Virus record (IMG/VR): IMGVR_UViG_3300027850_000169
Span: 27,697 to 91,696 of that record
Length of the DNA: 64,000 nucleotides
DNA from: a virus
Strand: one strand, 5' to 3'
The translations under genes and the position numbers were made by a program. Under the pieces are notes generated by a model. It had not been told where the DNA came from and did no database searches. It worked only from the letters and a program-made list of their open reading frames with translations. Positions within the stretch are counted from its first letter, which is position 1; every line of letters starts with the position of its first letter. Of this stretch, positions 19,023-27,846 are shown in pieces.

Positions 19023-19361
19023 ATGACTAATCTAACAGAGTTTGACTTTAACACTCAACAAGTTCGAGTAATTACTATTGAAGGACTGCCTTGGTTTGTG
19101 GCTAATGACGTTTGCGTCATTTTAGGTCTTGAAAATGTTGGTCAAGCATTGAGCCGCTTAGATGAAGACAAGAAAAGTATTGCTTCTGTATACACCCTTG
19201 AAGGTAATCAAGATATGTCGGTAATTTCAGAGTCTGGAATGCTTGCCCTAGTTTCCTCAAATGGCAAACCAGATGCTAAAGAGTTCCGTAGATGGGCGGT
19301 AGATGTAGTCTTTCCGGTTGTATTCAGAACTGACAGTTATTCCCTTGAGTGGCTTGAGTGA
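19023..19361 (+). CDS. BRO-N domain protein
   Basis: FDFN..QVR...PWFVA.DVC..LG, ISESG, AK.FRRW. Confidence 0.9.
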   Translation: MTNLTEFDFNTQQVRVITIEGLPWFVANDVCVILGLENVGQALSRLDEDKKSIASVYTLEGNQDMSVISESGMLALVSSNGKPDAKEFRRWAVDVVFPVVFRTDSYSLEWLE

Positions 19362-19394
19362 ATGCAATTAATACGCTCAAATCTTACCTACTAA

Positions 19395-19423
19395 GAACCC
19401 GGCAGTCACACCGGGTTTTTTTT
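19395..19423 (+). terminator. Intrinsic terminator
   Basis: aacccgg-cagtcaca-ccgggtttttttt. Confidence 0.8.
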
Positions 19424-19463
19424 AATACTTGACGCATTCTAATTAACCTGCTATAATTAAATC

Positions 19464-19562
19464 AATCGATACATTTACAGCAATTGCGGTGAGTAGCGGT
19501 TTTAGTGTGTTGTTTTCATGTGAAGTGGTTTTTATCCCAAGCCTGCGAAAGCGGGTTTTTTT
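19464..19562 (+). ncRNA. Candidate multi-target antisense sRNA
   Basis: TTGACG(19429)-17 bp-TATAAT promoter; gcctgc-GAAA-gcgggt-T-run terminator; segments complementary to several early-gene 5' regions. Confidence 0.65.
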
Positions 19563-19576
19563 ATCAGAAAATTGGG

Positions 19577-19732
19577 TTGACAGGATTCGTATCTTCGATT
19601 AGAATAGACTTAACCGAACCACGAAAACTAAATAATATTCAATCTTTCCATAACACTTTTGCAATTGCGGGAGTCGATTTGCCGCAACCCAGCCTTGAAA
19701 ACTAGACGCACCAACGATTTCACACGTCGGCG
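19577..19732 (+). promoter_or_regulatory. CRISPR leader with promoter
   Basis: TTGACA-17 bp-TAGAAT; CCTTGAAAAC motif about 40 bp before repeat 1, resembling cyanobacterial leaders. Confidence 0.7.
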
Positions 19733-20875
19733 GTCGCAATCAACGCCACTCCCTACTAGGGATTGAAACTTGTAGCGTTGCTGGGTAACAGCCATCTGGT
19801 AAGGTCGCAATCAACGCCACTCCCTACTAGGGATTGAAACTCGCTCAAGCCCTCAATTTTCCCAGCCGTTCCTCGTCACAATCAACGCCACTCCCTACTA
19901 GGGATTGAAACTACGATTTAGCTTTCACGGCTGGCAACAATTTGTGTCACAATCAACGCCACTCCCTACTAGGGATTGAAACCTCGGATTTAAAGCAATT
20001 AATTCCTGTATCAATGGTCACAATCAACGCCACTCCCTACTAGGGATTGAAACCTCAAACATCGTTTTCATGACCAACAGCAATTTGTGTCGCAATCAAG
20101 CTCCACTCCCTACTAGGGATTGAAACGCCGATTTTGTATTCAATTCTGTCGTTAAATTGAGTCGCAATCAAGCTCCACTCCCTACTAGGGATTGAAACTC
20201 TTGCCAAACAGCAGATTCTCAAACTGCATCCCGGTCGCAATCAAGCTCCACTCCCTACTAGGGATTGAAACGCCCGATTCAGCAACTGCTGGCGCTTCTC
20301 CCTCGTCACAATCAAGCTCCACTCCCTACTAGGGATTGAAACCGCTGGGATGAAAGCGCTAGCCCCCTACTAGGGATTGAAACACAATCGAGCTAAGCCC
20401 CTACTAGGGATTGAAACCATGAGTGCAGAATAATCACAACCGACCGCTACTGCCGCAATCAAGCTAAACCTCTACTAGAGATTGAAACTGAGAAATTAAA
20501 AATGGCACAAAATACAACAATATCGCAATCAAACCAAACCCCTACTAGGGATTGAAACGCAATAAACCTAAACCCCTACTAGGGATTGAAACTTGCTCCT
20601 GTAGTCGGTGGCGGTGGAAGAAAGGCAGTCGCAATTGAGCTAAGCCCCTACTAGGGATTGAAACCTGATGTCAACTGTTCTTCACTAGCAGATACCGAGT
20701 CGCAATTGAGCTAAGCCCCTACTAGGGATTGAAACGCAATCAAAGTAAACCCTACTAGGGATTGAAACAAACGAGAGTGCGACTTTAAGATTTACCACAA
20801 TCTTGTCATAATCAAAGCAAACCCCTACTAGGGATTGAAGCGCAATAAACTCCACTCCCTACTAGGAATTAAAAC
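19733..20875 (+). CRISPR. CRISPR array: 19 repeat units (GTCGCAATCAACGCCACTCCCTACTAGGGATTGAAAC and variants), 13 spacers of 33-36 nt, one ~15-nt spacer, four spacerless junctions
   Basis: Repeats at 19733, 19804, 19875, 19946, 20017, 20089, 20161, 20234, 20305, ~20358, 20384, 20452, 20522, 20559, 20628, 20699, 20736, 20805, 20842. Confidence 0.97.
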
Positions 20876-20883
20876 GAAAGATT

Positions 20884-22719
20884 TCACCGGGATAATAAAT
20901 CTATCCTTTTTGTTTTTGCCTGTAACGCCCACTTAGACAAACCAATTGAAACTTCCTTCTGTAGAAGTTCAAGGCTTAATTCGCCCCATTTTTTCGCTTT
21001 CTTTGTTGCTACCAATCCTGCGAACAGTGCTAGTTCATCGTTGACCGCCGCATTGATATCACGGTGACACTTCCAGCCGCAGGTACATTCATACAATTTA
21101 ATTTTAGGGTCACTCATTGATGCCATCTTGTTTAGGCAGACTGGGCAAGTTTGCGAAGTGTAGGCAGCCGGATTTCTCAAAAAAGTACGTCCGTCACGTG
21201 CAGATTTCTGTTCTAGTTGTGCAATGAAATCGCCGTGTCCCGCGTCAGATAACGACTTTGCCAACCCAGTTTTTTGAGCTTTCCGGTTTTTCTTGTAGCC
21301 ACCTTTCTCTGTATCTTCTTGTGGCTTAGCTTGTGCTCGAAGATTTTGTGATTGCAGCCCGTTTTCACAGGAAATAAATTGATAGTTGGTTACAATCTCA
21401 GAGCTAAGCTTTTGGTTGAATCCCTTGCGTTGACGTTTAATCTTCTCGTGTAGTTTACTAATCCGATTCTGAATCTTTTTCTGTTCACTGGAAAGTGCTT
21501 GACAGTTCCACTTTAACTTTTGCCAGTACATCCCTCCGATTAGGGCAATACCTTCAGCTTCACTTTTGATTTCACAAAGCTTTTTGGCTTTGTCAGGCGA
21601 GCAATTAATAAGAGCTTTGATGTCTTTGTGTCGCCGTTCAGGATGATTTAACCAGAGAATCAGTCGGTGAGTCATTTTGTTAGCTAGTTCTTTCTGAAGC
21701 TCCGCTAATTTAATTTGAGCGTTCCGGTAGTAACGCGGATTTCCGTACTGCTTGCCGTTGCTTAAACTGATAAAGCTGTCTAGTCCAGGGTCGATTCCTA
21801 TCGACTTAGTTGTTTGTTTAATGCGTCGCCCCCGAACCAATTCGCCCGTTAGTTGGACATAGAAGCCTGAAGCGTATTGACATATTTTGAAGGCGGCAAT
21901 TTCTGGAATTGTGCCGTCTGGATTTTTCCACCGACGTGCTAGTCCTTTTAGCCGCAATTCACGAAGACCTGGTATACCTATTAGAGATTGAGAGTTTGCC
22001 TTGGGAACGATGACACCTTTTGGGTTGTTGTGAACCAGGGTTGCAACCTTGTCACGTCTGCGTTTAAACCGAGGCCGCCCCTTTTTTGCACCATTCTGAA
22101 CCCCGGCTCTTGACTTTGTGTACTCTTGCCAGCTAGTATCCAATCCAGCAAGAACTCCAGAGCGAAACTTGTACGGCATTTCTGTCATGAATTCGCGGTG
22201 TGCTGTTAGGTTGTTTCCTTTGATGACTTGACCTAACCCGCCCGCCTGTTGCAAACCCGGCTTAGAAATCAACGTTTCGCTGAAATCAACCGACAAAGGG
22301 CAACTGTAACCAGTAACCGACCCATGTTCTGAGTTCTGCCAGCCCCAAGATTCTTTCTTCTCTGCTGGCTGCGGAACTTTTACCCGCTTCAACTCTCGGA
22401 TATACCAATGAGACTTATCATCGTAAATGACACTGTAGGGCGCTTGGATTATTGACTTACCTTTGTCTTTTGAAACGATTGCACCTTCCTCATCTACAAA
22501 GTGACTCCAATACTTCCAAGGTAATCGACAGCATGGAGCGTACCCGCCACTCTCTTTACCATCTAAACCGTTCGTAGCTTTGTAGTAGTAATAATTTGTT
22601 TCAAAATCTTCTAAGGCTGACAATCCACAATTCCACACAGACTTAGAAATTTGCAACCACTTTTCTATTTTTTCTTTCTGTTCAAGAGATGGAAAACATT
22701 TAAATTCTAGTGTGAGCAT
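20884..22719 (-). CDS. TnpB-derived compact type V (Cas12-like) effector, ~611 aa
   Basis: RuvC-I GIDPG, RuvC-II SCENG, RuvC-III HRDINAA; Zn finger CPVC..CTCG; large insertions relative to TnpB; stop 8 bp from the array; probable start MLTLEFK (alternative 22764). Confidence 0.85.
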   Translation of the reverse strand: MLTLEFKCFPSLEQKEKIEKWLQISKSVWNCGLSALEDFETNYYYYKATNGLDGKESGGYAPCCRLPWKYWSHFVDEEGAIVSKDKGKSIIQAPYSVIYDDKSHWYIRELKRVKVPQPAEKKESWGWQNSEHGSVTGYSCPLSVDFSETLISKPGLQQAGGLGQVIKGNNLTAHREFMTEMPYKFRSGVLAGLDTSWQEYTKSRAGVQNGAKKGRPRFKRRRDKVATLVHNNPKGVIVPKANSQSLIGIPGLRELRLKGLARRWKNPDGTIPEIAAFKICQYASGFYVQLTGELVRGRRIKQTTKSIGIDPGLDSFISLSNGKQYGNPRYYRNAQIKLAELQKELANKMTHRLILWLNHPERRHKDIKALINCSPDKAKKLCEIKSEAEGIALIGGMYWQKLKWNCQALSSEQKKIQNRISKLHEKIKRQRKGFNQKLSSEIVTNYQFISCENGLQSQNLRAQAKPQEDTEKGGYKKNRKAQKTGLAKSLSDAGHGDFIAQLEQKSARDGRTFLRNPAAYTSQTCPVCLNKMASMSDPKIKLYECTCGWKCHRDINAAVNDELALFAGLVATKKAKKWGELSLELLQKEVSIGLSKWALQAKTKRIDLLSR

Positions 22720-22778
22720 AATTGAAAATCTTTTGCAAAGGGCTTTACAAACCCAGTATATCATGTTATCTTAGTAAT

Positions 22779-22962
22779 ATAAAGGTAGGGAGCTTTCACC
22801 CCATTACCTGTGAGCTTTGACTCAAGAAAGCGAGTGTAGCGAAAGCAGCTTGAAGCTAGTCGTAAGACAGCAATCCTGAAAAATCGAAAGATGCGGGGAA
22901 ACCCAAACAGGATAATTATCTAGTAGGGCAAAAGAGTGGGAGTAATCTCGCTCTTTTGTTTT
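22779..22962 (+). ncRNA. Candidate tracrRNA
   Basis: TTTACA-17 bp-TATCTT promoter; four GNRA-capped hairpins; anti-repeat segments TTTCA, CAATCC and CTAGTAGGG; terminal hairpin followed by a T run. Confidence 0.7.
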
Positions 22963-22995
22963 GGATTGAAACTGAAATTGAAATTGAAATTGAAT

Positions 22996-23027
22996 ATCTT
23001 GACAAGATTAACAGTATCGTTTATAAT
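22996..23027 (+). promoter_or_regulatory. Consensus sigma70 promoter with an ATCTT-N3-AAGAT palindrome over -35
   Basis: TTGACA(22999)-17 bp-TATAAT. Confidence 0.85.
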
Positions 23028-23055
23028 AGTAATATTTACCACTTCCTTCAATATC

Positions 23056-23652
23056 ATGCAATTACTCCTTAATAGCGACTCACCGCAATCCGAAATTGAG
23101 ATTAGCCAGCAGTTGCAACTATCTAATAGCGACTCACCGCAATCCGAAGGCATTGAAGAAATTAACTGGCAGTTGCAGCTAGCCAGCAAGGTACAAATCA
23201 AACGGTGTAGCAAATGTGGAGTTTTCTCCAAGCTGTATCAAAGTATCCCGCCAAAACGACTTGACGCTTGGTGCGATGACTGTTTTGTCAATACTCCAGC
23301 AATAGAACGCACTCGAAAAACCTCAGTCGGTGAACATTGGAAGTTGATACAGAAACAAGAAAAAGAAGCTCAAGAAAGAGCGGAATTGGTAGCACAGTTA
23401 CAGGCACAAAAGGAATTGCTAGCCGAAAAACGTGCTAAGGAGAGGAAGAATGCACCTAAAAAGTCAAAAAAGAAGACCGTAGAAGGCGCTTATTTGTTAG
23501 CCCTGGACTTTGGGGAGTTGAGCGTTGATGTAGAGGAAGACGAAGCACGGGACGCGATACTGGCACATGATGCACGACGGGCGTACATTGCACGAGCGCA
23601 AGATAGGACAATTTTTGATGAAGACTATTATGGCGAACGGAATGATGATTAG
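23056..23652 (+). CDS. Zn-ribbon/coiled-coil hypothetical protein with N-terminal tandem duplication
   Basis: CSKC..CDDC; NSDSPQSE occurs twice. Confidence 0.6.
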   Translation: MQLLLNSDSPQSEIEISQQLQLSNSDSPQSEGIEEINWQLQLASKVQIKRCSKCGVFSKLYQSIPPKRLDAWCDDCFVNTPAIERTRKTSVGEHWKLIQKQEKEAQERAELVAQLQAQKELLAEKRAKERKNAPKKSKKKTVEGAYLLALDFGELSVDVEEDEARDAILAHDARRAYIARAQDRTIFDEDYYGERNDD

Positions 23653-23849
23653 CCGTTCATCCACTGCGCCAATTTAACTAAATTGACTGGGCTCGGTGGC
23701 GTTCCTTGCGCCATCCGAACTCTAGTCCCGTGACTGAAAAGCGATAAACAGATAAAGCTCACTCGCTCCCGACAAGCGACCTAGAGCGCTGTCACCAGTT
23801 AAGCCCATCCACCGAAACCGTTACCCTGCATACGTTCCGAGCTTGTCGG

Positions 23850-23905
23850 AAAAATACTTTTACAAAACGCTTGACAATCCTAGTCGGGTAGCCTATAGTG
23901 ATAAC
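23850..23905 (+). promoter_or_regulatory. Repeated early promoter, copy 3
   Basis: TTGACA(23871)-atcctagtcgggtagcc-TATAGT. Confidence 0.85.
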
Positions 23906-23957
23906 AGTTGGGAAGCAAATCACTACCCGACACACCAAACTGAACCATGAAAATTAA

Positions 23958-24578
23958 ATGAACACTCAAACTAAACTTGCTCAAGTTGACGCAGAGATTG
24001 CCGAGTTGCAACCCAAGCTAGCGGAAGCGCAAGAGCGTCGGGAACTGCTAGCGTCAGTTAAGCCCGTCTGTGACGCTGCACTAACGGTAATTGATAAGGC
24101 TCTTGACAGGTTGTGTCTAGTCAGTTTATTTAATGAATTTGGATCAAAAGACATTGCCGCCTTCAAGGCAGCAATTGACACTAAATTCAAGTTTATGGAA
24201 GACGAAATTACCTTTCCTGAAATCAAAGCTCTGCAAGTTGTGAAAGTCAAATACATAAGTCTTTCCGACTCCACTAACAAAGCTGTTATCGGTGCATATT
24301 TTTCAGATAGACCCGTCCAACATAAACAACTACAGGTGATAATTCAAGAGTTACAGGCGATTGGAATAAAAGTTGGCAAACCTATTGCTAACCGTTCCGA
24401 CGTTAAAGGGTGGCCTCTCCGCTGGGGTCAAGACGAAGCTAGACTCTTCTGGACAGTTGGAGACGGTTGGGCAGTCGAAGCCCTAAAGTCAGGTGACAAG
24501 CTAAAAGGACAATGGGAAGGCTTCGACCTTGACCAGCAACTTGAGTGCAACGGCATTGACATCGACAACATTGACTAA
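23958..24578 (+). CDS. Hypothetical early protein
   Basis: 206-aa ORF after the promoter. Confidence 0.7.
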   Translation: MNTQTKLAQVDAEIAELQPKLAEAQERRELLASVKPVCDAALTVIDKALDRLCLVSLFNEFGSKDIAAFKAAIDTKFKFMEDEITFPEIKALQVVKVKYISLSDSTNKAVIGAYFSDRPVQHKQLQVIIQELQAIGIKVGKPIANRSDVKGWPLRWGQDEARLFWTVGDGWAVEALKSGDKLKGQWEGFDLDQQLECNGIDIDNID

Positions 24579-24648
24579 CTAATAGCAATCGGGGCTTAAT
24601 TAGCCCCGTTCAATTCTAACCACTTTCAAATTACCACACACTAAAACC

Positions 24649-25398
24649 ATGCAAGCTACGAAAACCACAACAAAGACCGAGCAATTCACAGGTACGGTTA
24701 CAGAAGCTAAGTTAGTAGAAGCGACCGTTTACGGTATTGACTACAGCGCCAATGAAAAATATGCCAAAGCGCTCAAAGTTACGTTGCAAGCCAATGACGG
24801 TCGGATGGTGCAGTTTTACTCCCCTAGCGTTACAGCTACTGTTAGTTGCCCCGCACGCTGTCCGATAGCGGTTGTAATCTGTGAAGAAAATGATTGGATT
24901 GAAAAAGTGCAGAGGCAGGGTGAACATAAGGTTGTCGGCGACACCCTTCAACCGAGATTGAAACTAGGCGACCTGGTGACAGTTACGGGCCGGGTAAAAG
25001 CGGCTTATAACAATAGCAAATCAGTCACAATTAACTACACTAAGCTTGTCGAACTGGTATCGTTTGGTGGACGACTACCCCAAAAAGAGTATCTCGCAAA
25101 TTCGGGTGATTTTCTTATAACTTACAACGCAAAAGGTGAGCGCGTCCGAGATGAACATAAAACCAACAACGGCGAGATTTGGAGTTACAAGCGCGTAATA
25201 AATGAAGCGCTAGAGAACGGTCACTCTTTTTCTATCCCCTTAGCGGAAATAGACTCCCTCAAGGATAACGCCGCCGACCCAGACGGTTATTGGCTCTATC
25301 AGTTGTTAGCCAGCCAAGAGACGTATTGCCTAGCCTGTTGGCTTGACAGTCGGAGGGAGAAGCCATTCATCAAGAAGCAAGCAACTGACATTCATTAA
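24649..25398 (+). CDS. Hypothetical protein (possible OB-fold N-terminus)
   Basis: FTGTVT...LKLGDLVTVTGRVK. Confidence 0.6.
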   Translation: MQATKTTTKTEQFTGTVTEAKLVEATVYGIDYSANEKYAKALKVTLQANDGRMVQFYSPSVTATVSCPARCPIAVVICEENDWIEKVQRQGEHKVVGDTLQPRLKLGDLVTVTGRVKAAYNNSKSVTINYTKLVELVSFGGRLPQKEYLANSGDFLITYNAKGERVRDEHKTNNGEIWSYKRVINEALENGHSFSIPLAEIDSLKDNAADPDGYWLYQLLASQETYCLACWLDSRREKPFIKKQATDIH

Positions 25399-25442
25399 TC
25401 CAATGGGGAGCAATCCCCTTTGTTCACTTACGCAACACCAGA

Positions 25443-26126
25443 ATGACGAAAGAATCAGAATCAGTAAAAATGAAATTACACTTAATACTATCAGGCAAGG
25501 AGTGTAATAAATCAGACTTCAAAAACCTCAAAGATTTAGCTCATCGTCGGTTTAGTGACGAGTTCAACGAAGCTATTTGCGATACGACTCTGTGCAATCT
25601 TAACCCTCCTTATTGGGCGTACTTAGAGTCTTGCGCTAAAAAACTAGAAAATAAGAAATTCAACAAAACTGAGAACAGTCAAGTTTTAGAAGTTCTTCGT
25701 TTGTGGGCGAAAATTATTCCTTTGTTTGAAGAAGTCGCCACACACATAGAAAATGTTCGCAAGGTAAGCGCAGTAAAAGCCCCGTCTCGAACGCTAGAGA
25801 ATACGGGAACTTGCGCGATATGCGCGCAGAACACCAAGCTGTCAACGGGAGGGAAAATAGTCAATCACGGGTACGAGGTTAAATGCCATCAGCACGTAGG
25901 AGGAAGCTGCTTTGGTGTGAATTACGCACCATTAGAAGTGTCATCAGAAGCACGTATTGAATATGTGAAGCATCTCAAAAAGCTTAAGATTGACTTAGAA
26001 AGTCGGGGCAAACTTGTCACGCCATTGTCCGTGGGAGAAAAATTAGTAACAGGAAATCTGAAAGGTGTAAATCGAGAGCTAGCGTTTTTTGAAAAACTTA
26101 TCACTAAAACTATGCAAGCGACCTAG
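25443..26126 (+). CDS. Hypothetical phage protein with Cys/His motif
   Basis: GTCAIC...IVNHGY...CFG. Confidence 0.65.
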   Translation: MTKESESVKMKLHLILSGKECNKSDFKNLKDLAHRRFSDEFNEAICDTTLCNLNPPYWAYLESCAKKLENKKFNKTENSQVLEVLRLWAKIIPLFEEVATHIENVRKVSAVKAPSRTLENTGTCAICAQNTKLSTGGKIVNHGYEVKCHQHVGGSCFGVNYAPLEVSSEARIEYVKHLKKLKIDLESRGKLVTPLSVGEKLVTGNLKGVNRELAFFEKLITKTMQAT

Positions 26127-26210
26127 AGTACCGTCGTCAACCGATTCAATCCACACAAGCTGGGGGAATTCAGTCCTCCAGCTTGTTAACACCTACTCAA
26201 CGCAACCAAG

Positions 26211-27827
26211 ATGACATTAACACCTCGAACAGTTCCAGAATTAATTGCAGAAATTGATATCCTTACCTCTGAAATTCAAGAATTGTATTTGCAGGGAAAT
26301 CCATTCGTTGTTGGATGGAGTGGAGGCAAAGATAGCACAACCGTGCTTCAACTTATATGGAATGCTATTAAGCGACTACCAAAAGAACAGCGCAAATACC
26401 CTCTTTATGTGATTACTAATGACACTTTAGTTGAAAATCCAATTATTTCCGCCCATGTTAGGAATGCTTTGAAGTTGATAGATGCGGCAGCAAAAGAGCA
26501 AAATATACCTGTTATGACTAAAATGACAACCCCTGAAATAAAGAATTCTTTTTGGGTTTGTTTAATTGGGAAAGGTTATGCCGCACCACGACAAGGGTTT
26601 CGTTGGTGTACTGACAAGCTTAAAATTAGACCCGCTGAAAAATTTATCAACGAAGTGGTTACAATCGAAGGTCAAATGATACTTGCTCTTGGTGTTCGAG
26701 AGGCTGAAAGTGCGACGCGAGCTGCGAGTATGGAAAAACAACGTGAATTTAAAGTAAGTGAAAGATTAAATAAGAATCAACTACACGTTGGTTCACTTAC
26801 TTACAGTCCAATTCGGAGTTGGCGCACGGATGAAGTCTGGCTTTATTTAATGCAGTACGAAAATCCTTGGGGATGCGACAACAAGGATTTGTTTGCAATA
26901 TATCGAGGCGCAACAGCGGATAACGAATGCCCTCTAGTTGTTGATGCTTCCACTCCTAGTTGCGGAAGTTCTCGTTTTGGTTGCTGGACGTGTACTCTTG
27001 TATCTAAAGACAAGTCTACAGAAGCAATGATTCAAAACGATGAAGACAAAGAATGGATGCAGGTTCTACTTGATATTCGCAATGAGTTAGATGTTCGTGA
27101 TGACGAAGGAAAACACGCTGACCATGACAAAAGAGACTGGAAAGGCAACTCAGGAAAAGTAAGGTTTTACACTAAATTTTACAATGCGAGGGAAGAAGAT
27201 AATTCTACTATGCTTAAGCCTGTTCCAGGGCCCTACATCAAATTTTGGCGAGAACACTGGCTGAGGCGAGTCTTGGAAGCACAAACTCAAATACGCAAAA
27301 CCGCACCAGAAGAAATGCGCGACATCACCTTAATCACCCCAGAAGAACTTAGCGAAATCCGCCGCATTTGGAGAGAAGAGAAACACGAATTTGACGATAG
27401 TTTGCCCCGGATTTACGAACAGGCTACAGGAGAGTCGTTTGCAGACATTTCTTGTACAGATGAACGAAACGCTTTGGGTAAAGAAGAATGGGATATCTTG
27501 TCTGAAATATGCGAAGAAGATGAAACGCATTTTCACTTGATAGCAAGCCTCCTCAACGAAACAAATAAAACACATTTAAAGACGCGCCGCAAAGATGTAT
27601 TCAAAGCATTGGAAAAATGCTTTGACGCTAATTCCCGCTCTATGGAGGAAGCGGTTGCAAGCAGTCATGAAAAAAACAAGTTGACCAAGACTGTTGAATC
27701 CGTAAAAAAAGAAGGTCTTGGCGAACTCAATAAAGTTAAACAAATGTTAAACAAAGATACTCCCAATAGCAAACAGCTTTCTTGGGCTGACGTTAAATTC
27801 GCACCGTCTGTCGAACAATTACAATAA
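26211..27827 (+). CDS. dndC: DNA phosphorothioation sulfurtransferase DndC (PAPS-reductase family)
   Basis: SGGKDS, DTLVENP, IGKGY.AP...FRWCT..LKI.P, GVR..ES..R, ECPLVVD.STPSCG.SRFGCW.C, PGPY. Confidence 0.9.
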   Translation: MTLTPRTVPELIAEIDILTSEIQELYLQGNPFVVGWSGGKDSTTVLQLIWNAIKRLPKEQRKYPLYVITNDTLVENPIISAHVRNALKLIDAAAKEQNIPVMTKMTTPEIKNSFWVCLIGKGYAAPRQGFRWCTDKLKIRPAEKFINEVVTIEGQMILALGVREAESATRAASMEKQREFKVSERLNKNQLHVGSLTYSPIRSWRTDEVWLYLMQYENPWGCDNKDLFAIYRGATADNECPLVVDASTPSCGSSRFGCWTCTLVSKDKSTEAMIQNDEDKEWMQVLLDIRNELDVRDDEGKHADHDKRDWKGNSGKVRFYTKFYNAREEDNSTMLKPVPGPYIKFWREHWLRRVLEAQTQIRKTAPEEMRDITLITPEELSEIRRIWREEKHEFDDSLPRIYEQATGESFADISCTDERNALGKEEWDILSEICEEDETHFHLIASLLNETNKTHLKTRRKDVFKALEKCFDANSRSMEEAVASSHEKNKLTKTVESVKKEGLGELNKVKQMLNKDTPNSKQLSWADVKFAPSVEQLQ

Positions 27828-27846
27828 AACACCTTGAAGACAAAAC

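Noticed and set aside
19505-20240. ORFs 19505..19705, 19628..19810 and 20055..20240
   Set aside because: They overlap the sRNA terminator, leader and repeats, and their translations just mirror the repeat sequence
20343-20357. Short spacer CGCTGGGATGAAAGC resembles the minus strand of 22792-22803 (11/12), suggesting autoregulation of the cas/tracr region
   Set aside because: The first three (seed-proximal) bases mismatch and the match is short. It is more simply a deletion remnant.
19770-20804. Self-targeting by full-length spacers
   Set aside because: No match was noticed in the window by eye; this is not exhaustive and needs an alignment
20884-22764. Cas12k/CAST or plain IS605 TnpB assignment
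   Set aside because: RuvC residues are intact, no tnsB/tnsC/tniQ is present, and no IS end hairpins or TCAA boundary flank the gene
22936-23055. Upstream extension of ORF 22936..23652 and opposite-strand ORF 22920..23231
   Set aside because: They overlap the tracrRNA terminator, a TTGAAA microrepeat and a consensus promoter; the real start is probably 23056
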